A DNA stretch of 64,000 bases from Auanema rhodensis (taxonomy: Eukaryota; Animalia; Nematoda), in the NCBI GenBank assembly GCA_964057225.1, contig OZ059896.1, positions 14,384,001 to 14,448,000 on the forward strand, in the 5' to 3' direction. Position 1 is the first letter of the stretch; the number at the start of each line of letters is the position of its first letter. The notes under the pieces are model-generated. The model searched no databases. It saw only the letters and a program-made list of their open reading frames with translations, and was not told where the DNA came from. Positions 40,769-55,025 of the stretch are shown one piece after another. The position numbers were made by a program, and so were the translations under genes.

Positions 40769-42644
40769 AACCACATTTTCATTTTCTCCTTTATTCAACT
40801 TTTATTTTTATTTAAATATTTTATTTTTCTAATTAACTTATATGAATCTACTTGATTTTAATGATTTTTCTTGTTTTTTTTTAGCTTTTTCTTCTTAAAT
40901 GGACATATTGTGTTTCTTTGACCCTCTAATCCAAATCTTCTCTCTCTCTCATCCCCCCCCCCTGAGATTTTTCAATTCTGACTTATCCAGATGGCATCTG
41001 ATTTTATATAATATATGAAATAGTTGTCATACAAATTACTATTTTCATGTCAAATTTCTCATTTGCTTGTTGTTCAAAAAATGATTTTTGTTCTTTTTAT
41101 TTTATATTTTTTCAAGAATAGCTATTCATATTTGTTCGCCGATCGAAAGATCAAAGTAAAAAAAATTAATTTGTTTCAATCTGCTCACATTTGTATTTTC
41201 AAATTACTGTTGAAACACGTGAAATACGTTTACAAATAAATTTGAAATTTTTTTATTATTTCTTTTTAATTTTAATTTGATTTTTGATAGAATAAAAGTG
41301 AATAGAGCAATTGAAATAATGTGAAAAGCTGAAGAGCAGGATCCGTGCCAACCAAAGCCATAGATATCCGGATCAATAAACAGCCAAATTTGTTCTTTTT
41401 TTTGTCGAACAGAATGCACAGAACAGAAAAAAAAGAAAAGTTAAGAGAGAAAAACGATAGAGAGATAGAAAGAGAGGGAAATAATGATGAAGACTGAGTC
41501 TTTTTAGAGTTGTGGAAGAATCATTAACCTAATTGAAGCATCATGATTCACCACAAGTTGTTGTCTACAACTTTAACGTTAACTATTTCAAAAACTTTTA
41601 TTTTTTATTTAAAAACTGACTCAATATTTCTATATTTGGATAAGAAAAAAGAATTTGTTAAATTGCCTTGAACAAGTAGACTTAAAAATTTAATTTTCTT
41701 CATTATAATGCAACGATTGAGTCAAATCTTCGACAAAAATTTCCATTTTACTCGTGTTTTTTCAGAAACCTTCTTCTCTCTTACTTCAATTTTTTCTAAT
41801 ATATAGTCAATATGTCATGCTAAAAACGTAAACAAAACTTTTCAATGCTCATCCTTGTTTCTCCAACCTTATTCGTCAGCTTTTGTTTATGAAATTTAAA
41901 CCTAATTCGAGTTTGCAACATGTGCAGCAACAGATGAAGAAACTAAGCAAAACCTTACTGGGAACCTGAGACAAACGGATTACGAAGACAATTTGCAAGG
42001 AAAAAAACATTTTCTTCTTCCAAAATATTTCCAATCTGCTTCTTTTTTCCTATTCTGGTTAGCAGCTTATCTTCATCAGTAACATCTTCATAGAATTTTT
42101 TTTTCAAATAAAATTAGCATATTTCAATATATTTTATTTTTACGTAAATCTTTTACGTGTAAAAACATATATAAGAGAACATGCAACAAGAATAATCATT
42201 TGCATTTTTGACGTGACATTTACGTGACAAATTCAAAGCATCTCTCATATTCGTTTCTAAACAGTTACACAACGTGAAATGATTTGACTTATCTATTCAA
42301 ATAGTTTTTTTTTAATTATTATATACTTAACTATATATTTAACTATACATATATATATATAGATATATAGATATACATATGTATATGTATATAATAGAAT
42401 TTGTCAACGGAAAAAGGATCTTCATTGTCTTTAAAACTCCTTTTTTCCTCCTGTCCCTTCTTTACTTTTACCCCTTTATTCACTTCATTCTCTCTATTTC
42501 TCTTATAGTCTAGTCATCTTTCTCCTCATTTTCTCTCTGGACATAGTTATGAAAAACAATTGCAAACAACTGTCAGCTCAAACTACTATTTACATTGTTT
42601 TTCACACATCCCCCCACTCTTCTCTTAGCTTTTCCCTTCTTCTC

Positions 42645-42705
<61 letters not shown>

Positions 42706-45694
42706 AACTCCCTCCTATTCGTTAAATTTCCTTTTTTATACCTTTTTGTGTCTCTCTCTGTCCTTTTTTTTTATTTTTCAACTCAATAACTATAACTTTT
42801 TACTTTATATTCCTATGTATATTTGGGCTTCTTACCTATATCCCTTCCAGCTTCAGCTATTTTCAATTTTTCAACTTATTCAGTATCTACCACAGCTTTG
42901 CTAATATTCCAACAACTTGTTTCTTTAAAAAAGGATGAAAATGACTTTCAAATTGCTTACTTCTCATACCATAATCATGACTTTTTTCAATTTTTCTTTT
43001 ATTTTGTCACCTTTTCATTTCAAAAACCAAAATAATTTCAGATATTTTTTACTTTTTTTTGTTCTCAATATCTTTTTTTTTCTTCATTTTCATGGTAAAT
43101 ATCATTTTAAAGAAACTTATATTGTAATGTTGCTATTGAAATGTCAGTTAATCTTTAGAAAAAATTTTAAAGCTACATATATAACGATAACATAGTAATA
43201 ATATAACTATTCTATGTATATTCATCAATTGTTTTTAATATTTTCTTATCCATCTTCCAATTTTGTTTCTTTTTTTCTCTCTCTATCTCTCTCATCTCAC
43301 TCTTCTTCTTCTTCTTTTCTCTAGTGAGTCATGTTCTGCCTTTCCCAGCTTGACAGCTTATTCAATTAGTCTTCTAAGAAGTTTAGTTCCTTTTTCTCTT
43401 TTTTTTTGCTTCTTTTGGCTCTCCAACCTTATACTCATCCAACTGAAATGAGCTCAAATTTATCTTAAATTTACATATTTTTTTTGCCATTTTTATGATT
43501 ATTATAGACAAAAATATTCTTTCTTGCTTCTTTTTTTATTTTTTTTTCTATTTTTTGTTTATTTTTTCGTTTGTTTAGTCAATCCGTCCGTTCACCCTTT
43601 AACTTCACTGAATTTTCAATAAGAATTTCTCAACAAAAAAAAAACATAAAAATCCAAGTATTTACTGTTATTTGAGCTTGCATGCTATGTTAGACTATTG
43701 TTTCAAAGTACAGCATTATGATTTATCACTTAAAGCATTTGTGATTTTTCTTTCAAAATGAGCTAACAGCTTCTTTTATCATCATGCTTTTTGTCATTTT
43801 CTCTGATTTTTTGAAAACGAAAAATTTTGAAAAAAGGGCACACTGGTTGGAAAGATCTTGTAGCAGTTTTGGTGCCAAACACAATCTGAAAAAGTGGTGT
43901 TAGCCATCCATTCCATCTGATAAATATGACCCTCGGGGGCTTATCCCCTTCAAAAGGAGAGTCTAAGCTGAAAAGGGCGGTACTTTCAGGGAGCTTCCAG
44001 CTTCAAGTCATGATACCTCACTTGTTCGTAGCTATAACCAATGATCATTTAACAAATCTTTTCTAAATTAGTTACACTTCACGATTATATAGTTCTTTCT
44101 GTCGTCATTGTTGATCTCTTATTTACTGAATTTCCTACGTTTCCTGTATTTCAACGGCTGAATCCTTTCATCGTTTTAACATTAGATAATAGCTTTTTGT
44201 CTCTTGTAAACTTGTCTTTTGTCCAACAACTTTTTGAATGAAGTTTTTAAATTTAATTTTCGATTGAAGAAAATAAAATATCTGAAAAGTACAAGACTAA
44301 ATGTTTATTTTCTTTAAAATAAAGTTCGAAAATTATCATAAAAACAAAACTTTATTTCCATTTCTACTTCCTTTCAAGTTATTTACTTTCATTGTTTTCT
44401 TTTTGAAAATTTAAAAAAAAAAGGAAAAACTTATTGTTTTTATATTTCTTTATTTTCTATAAGTTTTATCTTTATCATTTAACTGATGAATTTAACACCT
44501 AGTTCCTTGTTTTCCGTACTCATCATGTCCTCACACAATTTCGTCAAACATTTCCAACTGATTGATTTTTATGTTCTAGCTTCAACTGCCGACAATGTCA
44601 TTTAGTTGGAGACATTGTGCCTCTGATGACTTTTGATTTTCTTCCTTTACATTCAGCCGGACATGCTTGTTTTACACGATTTGAAAGATTATTCATGTTT
44701 ATCATCCACTAATTAAGTTACTACCCATTTCTAGCTTTATATTTTTATTTTTGTCGTTTTCGCTCGTTACAACGTATTGTCATTGTTGCCGTTGTCGTTG
44801 TCGTACTCGTTGTCGTGGTCCTCATCATCTGAATGCCAGCAAATCCTAGCTTCTGTTTTTTAAAATGAAAAATCCTTTTATGGTCATTAATAAATCTTTA
44901 AAAAAAGCTAAAAGTGTGAGAAAAATGCTCGATAATGCTATAGCCGGTTGACCATAATTGCAGAAAAAGTGAATAATGTTCTTTGAAAATCTGAGAAATA
45001 AATCTAATTTATAAGCAAAAAAAAAACAAAAAATAGAAATAGAAAAGACAAAATTCTGATGACAATAATGATGATGACGTAAAAGAAGATGATGACAATG
45101 AGCATGATGAAAAAGATGGAAAAAGAAGGTAGGTAATACATTAATAACATTATAAAACCTTTGAGACTGTTATTTAACTTTTTTTTTCAATTTTTGCGTG
45201 AAAATTTGCATAAAATGATCGAAAACTTCATCGTCATTGTCATTGTGGTTTGATGTTTTGTATTAAAAATGTCAAATATACATACATATCACACATGGGA
45301 ATAAGTATTGTCAGGAAGATATTTTCTGAAAATGATCTTATCGAAGCTGAAGCTTTTAGTAGATTTCACCTTCTTGCTATACAAACATTGTCAAGCATTG
45401 TCAAGCATTATCTCTTTACTTTTTCAGTATTATAACGTTTATGATTGAGAATATATGTATTTATAATGCTACAGATAAGTAACATCAATAATGCTTCAAG
45501 CATTATCAACATCATCATCCTACATCAGCAGAAGCATCAGCATCATCATCATCATCACTGAATTGCTTTTTTTGTCTTTTTTGGTTATCTCGTTGTCGAC
45601 TATTCTTTGTCGACTATGGGTCATTCATTTTATTCATGTCTATAGCTGTTTTGTCTTTTATCCTCATTCATCTTCACCCTCCCTTCCTATTCCT

Positions 45695-45752
<58 letters not shown>

Positions 45753-46235
45753 TTTCTTTACTTATTCTTATTCTTGAATTTTTTTTGTCTTTTTATTCCA
45801 AAATCTTCCATCTTTTATAGTTTATAATCGTGAAAAATCAAATTCGTGAAACTGCATGCTTTCAAAAGATTCAAAAATTTCAAATACATCATATTCATTT
45901 TCAATCATTATTTCATTTTTTTTGTAAATTTTAATCTTTTTTTTGTGTATATTATATAGTATAGTTATATATCTATGTATATATCTATACATCTATATAT
46001 ATATTACTTCAATCTATTTATTATTTTTATTATTACTTATTTACTTATTTGTCACAAATACAACTGACTTTATTCATGTATGTATATAACTATAACTAGA
46101 AGGATGAGACCCAATTCAATCTAATCATTCTTCTATTTTCAGAAGAAGAAGCAGAAGCAGAAGTAGAAGAAAAAGAAGAAGACCACAACGACGGATAACG
46201 ACAACGAATACAAGAAATACTAGACAGGACCGATC

Positions 46236-47375
46236 ATGCACCTCTGTGAGCAGCCGATGAATCTTACCAGGCGAGCATGTTGTCAACTGGTTTTACTACT
46301 AAACGATACATCACGAGTATGTTTATAATCTTTTTTTCATTCACAAAAAAAGTTTTATAAAGTTTGAAAGCAACAGCCTTAAGTTGAAAAGCTGTTGTCC
46401 GTTGTTAGCGGACAACACACATTTCCTGATTGGCAATCCTTGAAATAAATCCATCTATCCATCCATGCAACTCTGTCTCTAGTTTGTCCCTGATAATTTT
46501 TCGAATGAAAATTGATTAAAATATAATTTTATTTGAAGAGAACTATTACAAGATTCACAGTAATTTTCCAGATTTCAAATTCAATTAAAGCTGGACAAAG
46601 CTTAATTTTTAATTTAATTTTTTTGAATTTGTCATTCTCTCTCTCTGTGTATTCAAAAAAAAGATTTGAAAGAATCAGCATCTGAAGTAGGAAATCACAA
46701 AAAAAATATTTTTTCCAGGTACCACCATGTCATAATGATCTTTTAATGGAAGAATATAATAATTCAAGAGTAATATTAGTTATAAATACAAATATTTTGT
46801 ATTGAAAATGCTTTTCAGGTTATAACACAGCCGATATGGCTTGCTGAGCCGGAAGATGTGCAAGAAGATCATGCCACATTCCTCTTGGGAATTTTAGTTT
46901 TAATGATTATAGCTATCGGATGTACATTTACTTTAAGTAAATTAACTAAACCAAAGTAAAAATTGTTTTTATTTCTTTGAAATAAAGAAAATTTAGAATA
47001 TCAATTGGGTATGGTAATGTGTCAAACTATGACTTTATGATGTGGATGCCATCATCTAGAGCTAATCGAAGGTATATCATCTATCTATTTATATATTAAT
47101 TATATTAATTATTAAATAAATATATTAAAGATCATCTATGTTAGTACTATTACGTGGTATTACTTGTCGCCGAACAACAAATCGCAACAGTGATATCAGT
47201 GTTGTATCCTCGAATGTTGGGTAAGTTACTTCATCTTATCTCATATCTAATTCTTCATAACACTTACAGACTTTTACCTTCTTATCAAACAGCTACATCA
47301 ACTCCATTATCATTACAACCACCTCCTCCGCCGTATTCAGAAGTTCGCAACGGTCTAAGCACCACCGTAGCCTAA
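46236..47375 (+). CDS. Single-pass membrane protein with LPSY and PPPY motifs (Commissureless/PRRG-type tail), 6 exons
   Basis: MHLCEQPMNLTRRACCQLVLLLNDTSR|VPPCHNDLLMEEYNNSR|VITQPIWLAEPEDVQEDHATFLLGILVLMIIAIGCTFTLSKLTKP|...|GLLPSYQTATSTPLSLQPPPPPYSEVRNGLSTTVA*. Splice phases are consistent. Confidence 0.82.
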
Positions 47376-49154
47376 AAGCATGGAAAAGTGATCAAACACC
47401 ACATACACCTTAATGCTTAAAAAACTTTTGGCATTAAAATCTGCTCAGAAACTCATTTTCTTCATAGTTCATGACTGAAATGTCTGCAATTATTCCGTTT
47501 TTTTTCCATTTTCGTCTTCTTCTTGTTACGAGCGGGTGAACATTTTTCCTATTTGAAACATGATATCATCAGTTTTTCTTTATAAATTTATATATAAATA
47601 TATTTCTTTTATTAATAAATTATAGTTTATTTTTATTTTCTCTATCAGTTATGCTCGTAAAATCACAAAACTTGACAGCATAAGATTTATGTCTGACATC
47701 GGCTAATTGTAGAAAATAGATGAGTGTTACTCTTTGAACGTTTTCAACCAGATTGAAATAGGATAAGAACTTAGCTATTTCTCTAACTATACTGTCTATT
47801 TCTCTAATTTTTTAATACTTCTCTCTCTCTCTCTCCCTCTCTCTCTCTCTCTCCCTCTCTCTCTCCCTCTCTCACATCTACTGATAAAATATGTGTTTTC
47901 AATAGACATTTAGAAAAAAATTTCCACTTTTAACTATATCTTTTCTCCCATTTTCTTGCCGCTACACATTTTCCGTGCATATTCCATTTTTTCCTGTTCC
48001 CCCTGAGGCTCATCTATAGCATTCAGTCATACACAAGGTTTTTATCCTGTTTGCTCCTGTCAGAACGGCATTTCTCATCGTCAGATAACATATAAGCTGA
48101 ATTGCAAGAGATTGAAATTTTTTACAAACTTTTTAGAGTTTCTCTCTACTTTTTTGTCAAAAAAACCATTTTTTGAAGAAGAACGAAAGGAATTTTTGAA
48201 TTATAATTATTAATAAATTCTATAGTCATATTGAGAATTTAATAATATAAACAAAATTTATATTAAAAACTTGTTACAAATGAAAAACGCGGGCTCATTC
48301 CTTACAGATTCAGCAAGTGAAGCGGTTGTATTTAGCTAATTTCTTTTTTTTCTTTTATTGTTTAAATCAATCATATTCCAATTTATATATTTTTAATTAA
48401 TATTTTATATAAATTTCTTAGATTATAATATATAATCATGACGATAATTTATATTTATTTTCAAGAAAAATACCAAATTACATCAATTTTGTGAGAGAAA
48501 GTGGAATGTTTGTGGAAGAGATGTATGGGTTACTACTACCTTTAGGCTAGATTATTTAAATATTTTTGTTGATATCATGACGAACTATTGTTATCATATA
48601 GATTACCATTAATTATATTTCCTTCAATTTTGGAAAATAAATAGAAAAACTAAAGAATTGAAAGATAAAGAATTCTTTGATTATATTATCTGAATTGATC
48701 CTTTGATATGAAAGAATTTTATTTCATTTCAAATGATTTTCTTCATATATGAATAACGATTCATGAAGTAAGAACATCAAACTCATGTAAGTGAAAGGTA
48801 ATTAACAGGTCGAGAAAGGATTTTCTCATCTATACAAGTAGTATATTCAATAAGGTAAACCTACAAAGTCGATGAGACTATTAGCTATCCAATAGACATA
48901 ACCAACGTCTATGTAGCATCTGTACGCAAACGTCACAGTATAGACAATGAAATGAAGATGTTGGACTGTGAAAGGAACGACAACCATCATTATTAGGTTA
49001 TTAAGTGTATGAAGATGAAGGAAGGGTTGTTGCTATGCTCCTCTCTCCTTCTCTCTCTTTCTCTCTCTCTCTCTTCTTTTTCTTTTTTCTTTCTCTATTC
49101 TCATCTTATTTTCTTTATAAGGCCATCCACTACATTTTGCCATAGATCGCCATA

Positions 49155-49680
49155 TTGAATCTGAATCTGAGACCTACTTTCCTCGTTTCTTTTCCAGTTC
49201 GCATGAGCAATTTCATATTGTTCTCACAATGACATTGAATCATTTTCTATATCCCGGATACAGTTTCAAAACGATTTGACAGACACTCCGTTTTCAGTCT
49301 TGAGTTTCAATTGAATTAACCCGAGAATTACCGTTTCGGACGACGATTCATATCCAACCGTTACTGTTCGGTCTTACACCTTTCCCCAAATTCCCTTTTT
49401 TCGTTCATTCATCTACTCCTTTTCAGCTCTTTTCACCCATTCCTCCTATTTTCTTTCATCAACTTCAACAATTGCGAATGTGCTGAACAGCATTTCAAGT
49501 TTGTTAGTTGACTCCTTATCCAGCTTGAGTCTACATTCCTTGTACCCCATTTCCCTCTTCCAGATCCACATGTCGACTAGATGTTGCTTGCTCCAACCGG
49601 TGTCAATTCCGGTATTTGGTTGACAGAATGATGTAAGGGAGGGTTCTGAGCATTTCAAGGTGACTGAAGTGCTAAAAGCC
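49155..49680 (-). mobile_element. Degenerate transposon-like remnant, family unresolved
   Basis: A ~500-bp block of higher GC and complexity between microsatellites, with broken frames (IVEVDERK; KIGGMG..VDE..GWI) and a short GATTCA-repeat end. No consistent splice structure. Confidence 0.25.
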
Positions 49681-49682
49681 GC

Positions 49683-49755
<73 letters not shown>

Positions 49756-50714
49756 CAGAGATTTGTGGATTGTTCTGTTTCAGCTCAGTCCAATAAGACT
49801 ATTCTTATGTTTATAGATTTTATTTGTTTTTCATTTATACTTCTTGAAATACACGCAAACTCTATTCAAAGCTTTTCATGTTTTCAATCTATTTCATATC
49901 ATGAAATCTTCAAAAATTTTAATTTTATTTTCAAATATCTTTCAAATATTTATTTTTTGTTATATTTTTATACAAAAAGAATTGTTTTTGGTTATTATTC
50001 TTATTATTTTAAATAATTCTACTAATCAGCTTTAAAGTTTGAATGACATAAGCTAGTCACGTAACACATATTAAGATCGGTTTTTATTTTAGAAAATAAA
50101 AATATGCTAATGCTACATCAAAAACATTTTTTATCCAAGTTTTTCTTTTAAAATTTAAAATTATTAATCAGATTTCATTCATAAAATCGTTCAATTTATA
50201 TTCAAGCGCTTGACTTTCAATTAATTTTCTCTGAATCTCACTCAAAGATGAAAAAGAAAAAAGGTATGTACACTACATACAAGCGAAAGGTATAAGTGTT
50301 AGTGAGAGATAAGTTGACGGAGATATAGAGAGAGAAAGAAACAGAGAAGGAGTATAGAATATAAGAGAGAGAGAATGCGTAGGTTGAACTGTGAAGAGCT
50401 GGAACCGCCCGAGGGCATTCTACACGGCTTGAGAGGAGAGAGCTTGTAATGACCTCATAAGTGGACTCTTCGGTCCTTTGAACATCGTCCGATGATGATC
50501 TTTTCGAATAAGTTAAGAAAACAGATTTTGTCTACTCTTATAACATATTATTATTATTATTATTATATTCTATTAATTTGAATAATATTATTTATAATCA
50601 ATTATTATACTAAATTCTATAAATATTCAAAATAATAACTATTTTAACTATATATTATCATTATTTAATTCTTATGTATCTTAATATATTTTATATTTGT
50701 AATTTGGTGGTATA

Positions 50715-50728
50715 GTTGTTATGGTAAC
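50715..50728. promoter_or_regulatory. X-box (RFX/DAF-19) consensus match GTTGTTATGGTAAC
   Basis: Fits the nematode consensus GTHNYYATRRNAAC, but no target gene was found nearby. Confidence 0.25.
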
Positions 50729-52421
50729 GATATGGATGTATCATGGTATTACAGACAACAACTCCAACCTCTTTTCTTGTATAATCTGTGTAGAAAAAGA
50801 AACAGAAATACATTTCTTTTATTTTATTTTATTCATAATATTTTAAATATTATTTAATATATTCTATTTATAAATTTCAAAAATCTTTTCATTTTTTGAT
50901 AAAAAAACTGAAATTTTTGGGATCTCTTGAACGGGAATAATTGCTTAAGCAAATATAACTGTATCATCATCATCATCATCATCTAGAGATCATTTTGGTT
51001 TTTTTTCTTTTTGTTATTTTGGAAGAATTGTTGTTCATCGATTATACATTCTTCATGTTTCTAATATTCTTTAAATGAAAAAAACTTTAAAATATTTTTT
51101 GTTTTCTTTTAAAATTCAACATTCAAATTTTATTAAAAATTAATTAAAATATATTTTTATTTGAATGAATTTATAAATAATTATCCTTTTATACATACTT
51201 CTATCTCTATTTGTATGTATAACTATGTGTATTTAAACGACAACTATTATACATACATACTACAATTATTATAACGATTATTATTATTATTTTATATATA
51301 AATATATGTTTATATGTCTAAGAATAGTATATCTAGTAACATATAGTATAAGCCGAATAGTTTTCTTGCACCTCCATTTTTCTTCTTTTATAATATTTTG
51401 GAAGAAATTCTTTCATTCATTTCTTTATTTCACTTTTTTTGAACTTTTGACGAACAGTTAAGTTGATGATTCTTCTTCTTCGTCTTTCTTACATTTCCTT
51501 GTCATTTTAATGTGTGGTAGTCATTTTTTCGTTTAGACCTCTAACGATTTGTATAAGAGGGAGAAAGAGAGAGAGAGGGGATATTCGAGGTATTTCTTGG
51601 CTACGAACAAGAGAAAATTGAATTTTGAACACTCAATTACTATATACTTATAACTTCTAGTTTCATCTATTCATATAGTTAATTAGATAATCAATTTAAT
51701 GAGTTGTTAACTATTCATTCATCGTATTCATAATACATGAATGATTGTTGAGTTAGGCTTACTGATGAGTATAATATAACTATAAGATAATTGAAACATG
51801 AATTTTCCTCAGATAATAGCTAATACTGAGCATCTTCCTTTATGTTAGCAAGCTGACTATTATATATCTTTCTTTCTTTATGTTTCTCTTCAAATATATA
51901 TATATATATATTATAGTTTAATACAATGATCGTGATCATTAGGCTTCACATAAAATAAATAATTAGAATATCTTAATCGTATTTAAGACAAAAATGATTC
52001 TTTATTCTAATCTTACACGTGGACTTTTCACGTTTCTTGCTTTGCGTGACAACTAATCACATCATTCCTATTGCTGTTGTATGTCATTGAACGGTTGCAT
52101 ATATCCATCCACCATTCTTCCTTCTTTTCCTGTCTCTTGATCATCTTACCGGACCTTCTGTTTTCTTTCTCGATCTCTCTCTCTCTCTACATCATTACTT
52201 ACTCTCTATATTTCATACTCTCTATCTGTTTATCTCTCTTATTTGCATGTTTAAATTCAATCCCTCGATATCTCTCTGTATCTATCTCTATATCTCTCAT
52301 TTATACATAATCTTTGTTGATTCGTTATGATTAAAGCTTATTGACATCTAACACATAACATGTTGTTGTTGTTGCTATATAACAACTCATTTGTTAATTA
52401 CATTTATTCATCTCTCCTGTC

Positions 52422-52533
<112 letters not shown>

Positions 52534-54034
52534 ATCTTTCTTTAATTCAATCTATCCAACCCTTTCTACCATTAATACGACCTACCATCATCTTATAGTT
52601 ATTGTTATATCCTTTTACACTCCGTTCCTTTGACCTTATAATTTGGCTCCATCCAATTGTCAATCTTGTAGACAGCATTGCATCATTTCATGCTCGTCCT
52701 TATTTTCCTTCTCTTCTCCTTCTTTCTTTCAAGCGTCAGCAGCATTGTCGTAGGACAACAAAACCACAAAGTCACAACCTTCACAGCTTGATTGCATAGT
52801 GTGAAAAGCATCTGCTGTTTCGGACTTCAAGGTGTCATATACCCAGAAGCTTCATCTTCAACTTGCCCATTACTATCTATTAGTTCGTATTGTATATGGT
52901 TAAACATGTCATATAGGTTAGTTGATGTCATCGTTCTTTAAAATTCTTCTTCTGTTTCTTCTGAGAAAGAGTTTTGGGAACTTCAAATTAAACATTCAGA
53001 CCATTTTCTTCAAAATAATCTAACATGAATTAGCATATCTTTTCAAGATATTTATAGACACCGCCTTATTCATTTCCCTCACTTTCCTCATCTTTTGACC
53101 TTCTTTCCATTTTTTCTTCTATTTTACTTCGCATTTTCATTTGATTTCTTATATCTTCAACTATTTTATACGTTTTCTATGTGAAAGTGTTCAGATTACC
53201 GATCAAAAAAGTTCATATCCCGTCTCTTCCCCTTTCCCCTTCCTCATCTCCCTCTTTCATTTCATCTCTCCTTCCTATTTGATACTTTTTTCCTTAAATT
53301 TCAACAAAATAGCCAAACGATCTGTTCTAAAGCAATCAGCTTCATTTCATCAGCTTTACGTTCTTCTTCTTCATAAAATTCAAATAGCATTTGAACGAAC
53401 ATCAATATAACATGTATAATTAGATCATTTCTTTAAATTTTTGTTTAAAATCTATCGCAATTTTCTTTATTTTATAGGTTTTTGCCTATACATTTTCCTG
53501 TTCTAATTTCATGAAAAAAAATATTTTTTTTCCAAACTTTTATTAATTTTGGTTTTGGCTAGTCGAAAACAACCTATTAAAGATCAAGTTGGATTATAAT
53601 ATAGAAGAAGCCTTTCCCCAGGCTGGACGTTACTGCTCTAGCTTTACTAAAATTGTATCTGTAATATAGACTAGATTTCTCTTATTTAAATCATTTATTT
53701 ATTTATTTTTTCTAACTATATATATATGTAACTAAAAATATTTTCTATATATATATATATATCTTTACTATATTTCTTTTCTGCCTTCTTAGCTTTTATA
53801 ATCCGAAAACGATAGAACTATCTGGTTTCTTTCTCTCTGTATTCTGTCTGGTACCAGAAGATATTGGAAGAGAAACAGATAAAAAGAGGCAAAATAGAAG
53901 CTATAAGAGTAGCAGAGGAGAATGAATAGGAAGATTTTCAACGTCTTATAGTTAATTTTGAGGAAGAAAACATCCCCTCTAATGATTATGCCGTAGAATG
54001 AAGTTCCTATAAATATTGTATTTATTTCTCTTTC

Positions 54035-54093
<59 letters not shown>

Positions 54094-54957
54094 TACAAAT
54101 CGTTATACATATGTTTCACATGTTTTTTCTGGTTTTTTTGCAGTTATTCATGATCATTATGAATATACACTCATCTTATGTTCTTCTACGTAAAATAACA
54201 CGTATAATCCATAGTATGTTTTTGGCAAACTAAACCTGATCTACAAGCATTACTATATGTTGGAAATGTGCATCATGAACTAACCAGCTCTTCATATACA
54301 ACAGTAAATGTCTATTAGTACTGGCTTGTATTATATATGAACTGAAGCATGGTTCCTAATTTGTTATTCACGACCTCCTTGCTCATTCTACGACATCACG
54401 CCCCATGCTTCCGATGGGCTTGTCTATATTTGGTCATTTTACTTCATTTGATTGACTATGAATAAGGTTAACGTTCATGTGTTCTGTTGTCCTACTGTCA
54501 TGTTTGTCTATCCAACTTATCTCTATCCAAAACCTAAACTATTTATACATATAGTAAGTTGGATAGGTAGCCTCAATCAATAAGCTTGACATGTTGATTG
54601 AAACCCATCTTAGGTCGATGAGTCTCCTATAACTTAGGTAATATCCAACTTTCTCCTATATATACATATACATATAACTATTTTCCATTTTAGTCTTTTC
54701 TCACTTATTCTCCCATTGAAATGAAGTCATATTGAACTTCGAAATATAGATTATTGCAATTTGAGCATATTTGAAGGCACACATGTGTCACATCACTAGC
54801 TTCCACTTCTCTTCTTCGACTCTACCTCTTCATCCCATTCTACCTATTTTCTCTTTCAATAGTGATGTAACTATGAATGTATTTATATTTCTTTTAGACC
54901 TGAATACATTACAAGTTTCTAATCGAAACTGTGATAGAGAAAGAGAATGAAGGAGAG

Positions 54958-55025
<68 letters not shown>

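Noticed and set aside
49380-49480. Merlin/ISXO2-like IGG..VDE words
   Set aside because: Scattered over different frames with stops; not enough to assign a family, so kept only as a low-confidence remnant.
52772-52810. TCACAACCT (mir-67/307 seed); likewise AATGGCACTG at ~57760 (mir-228 seed)
   Set aside because: Seed-only matches with no convincing precursor hairpin.
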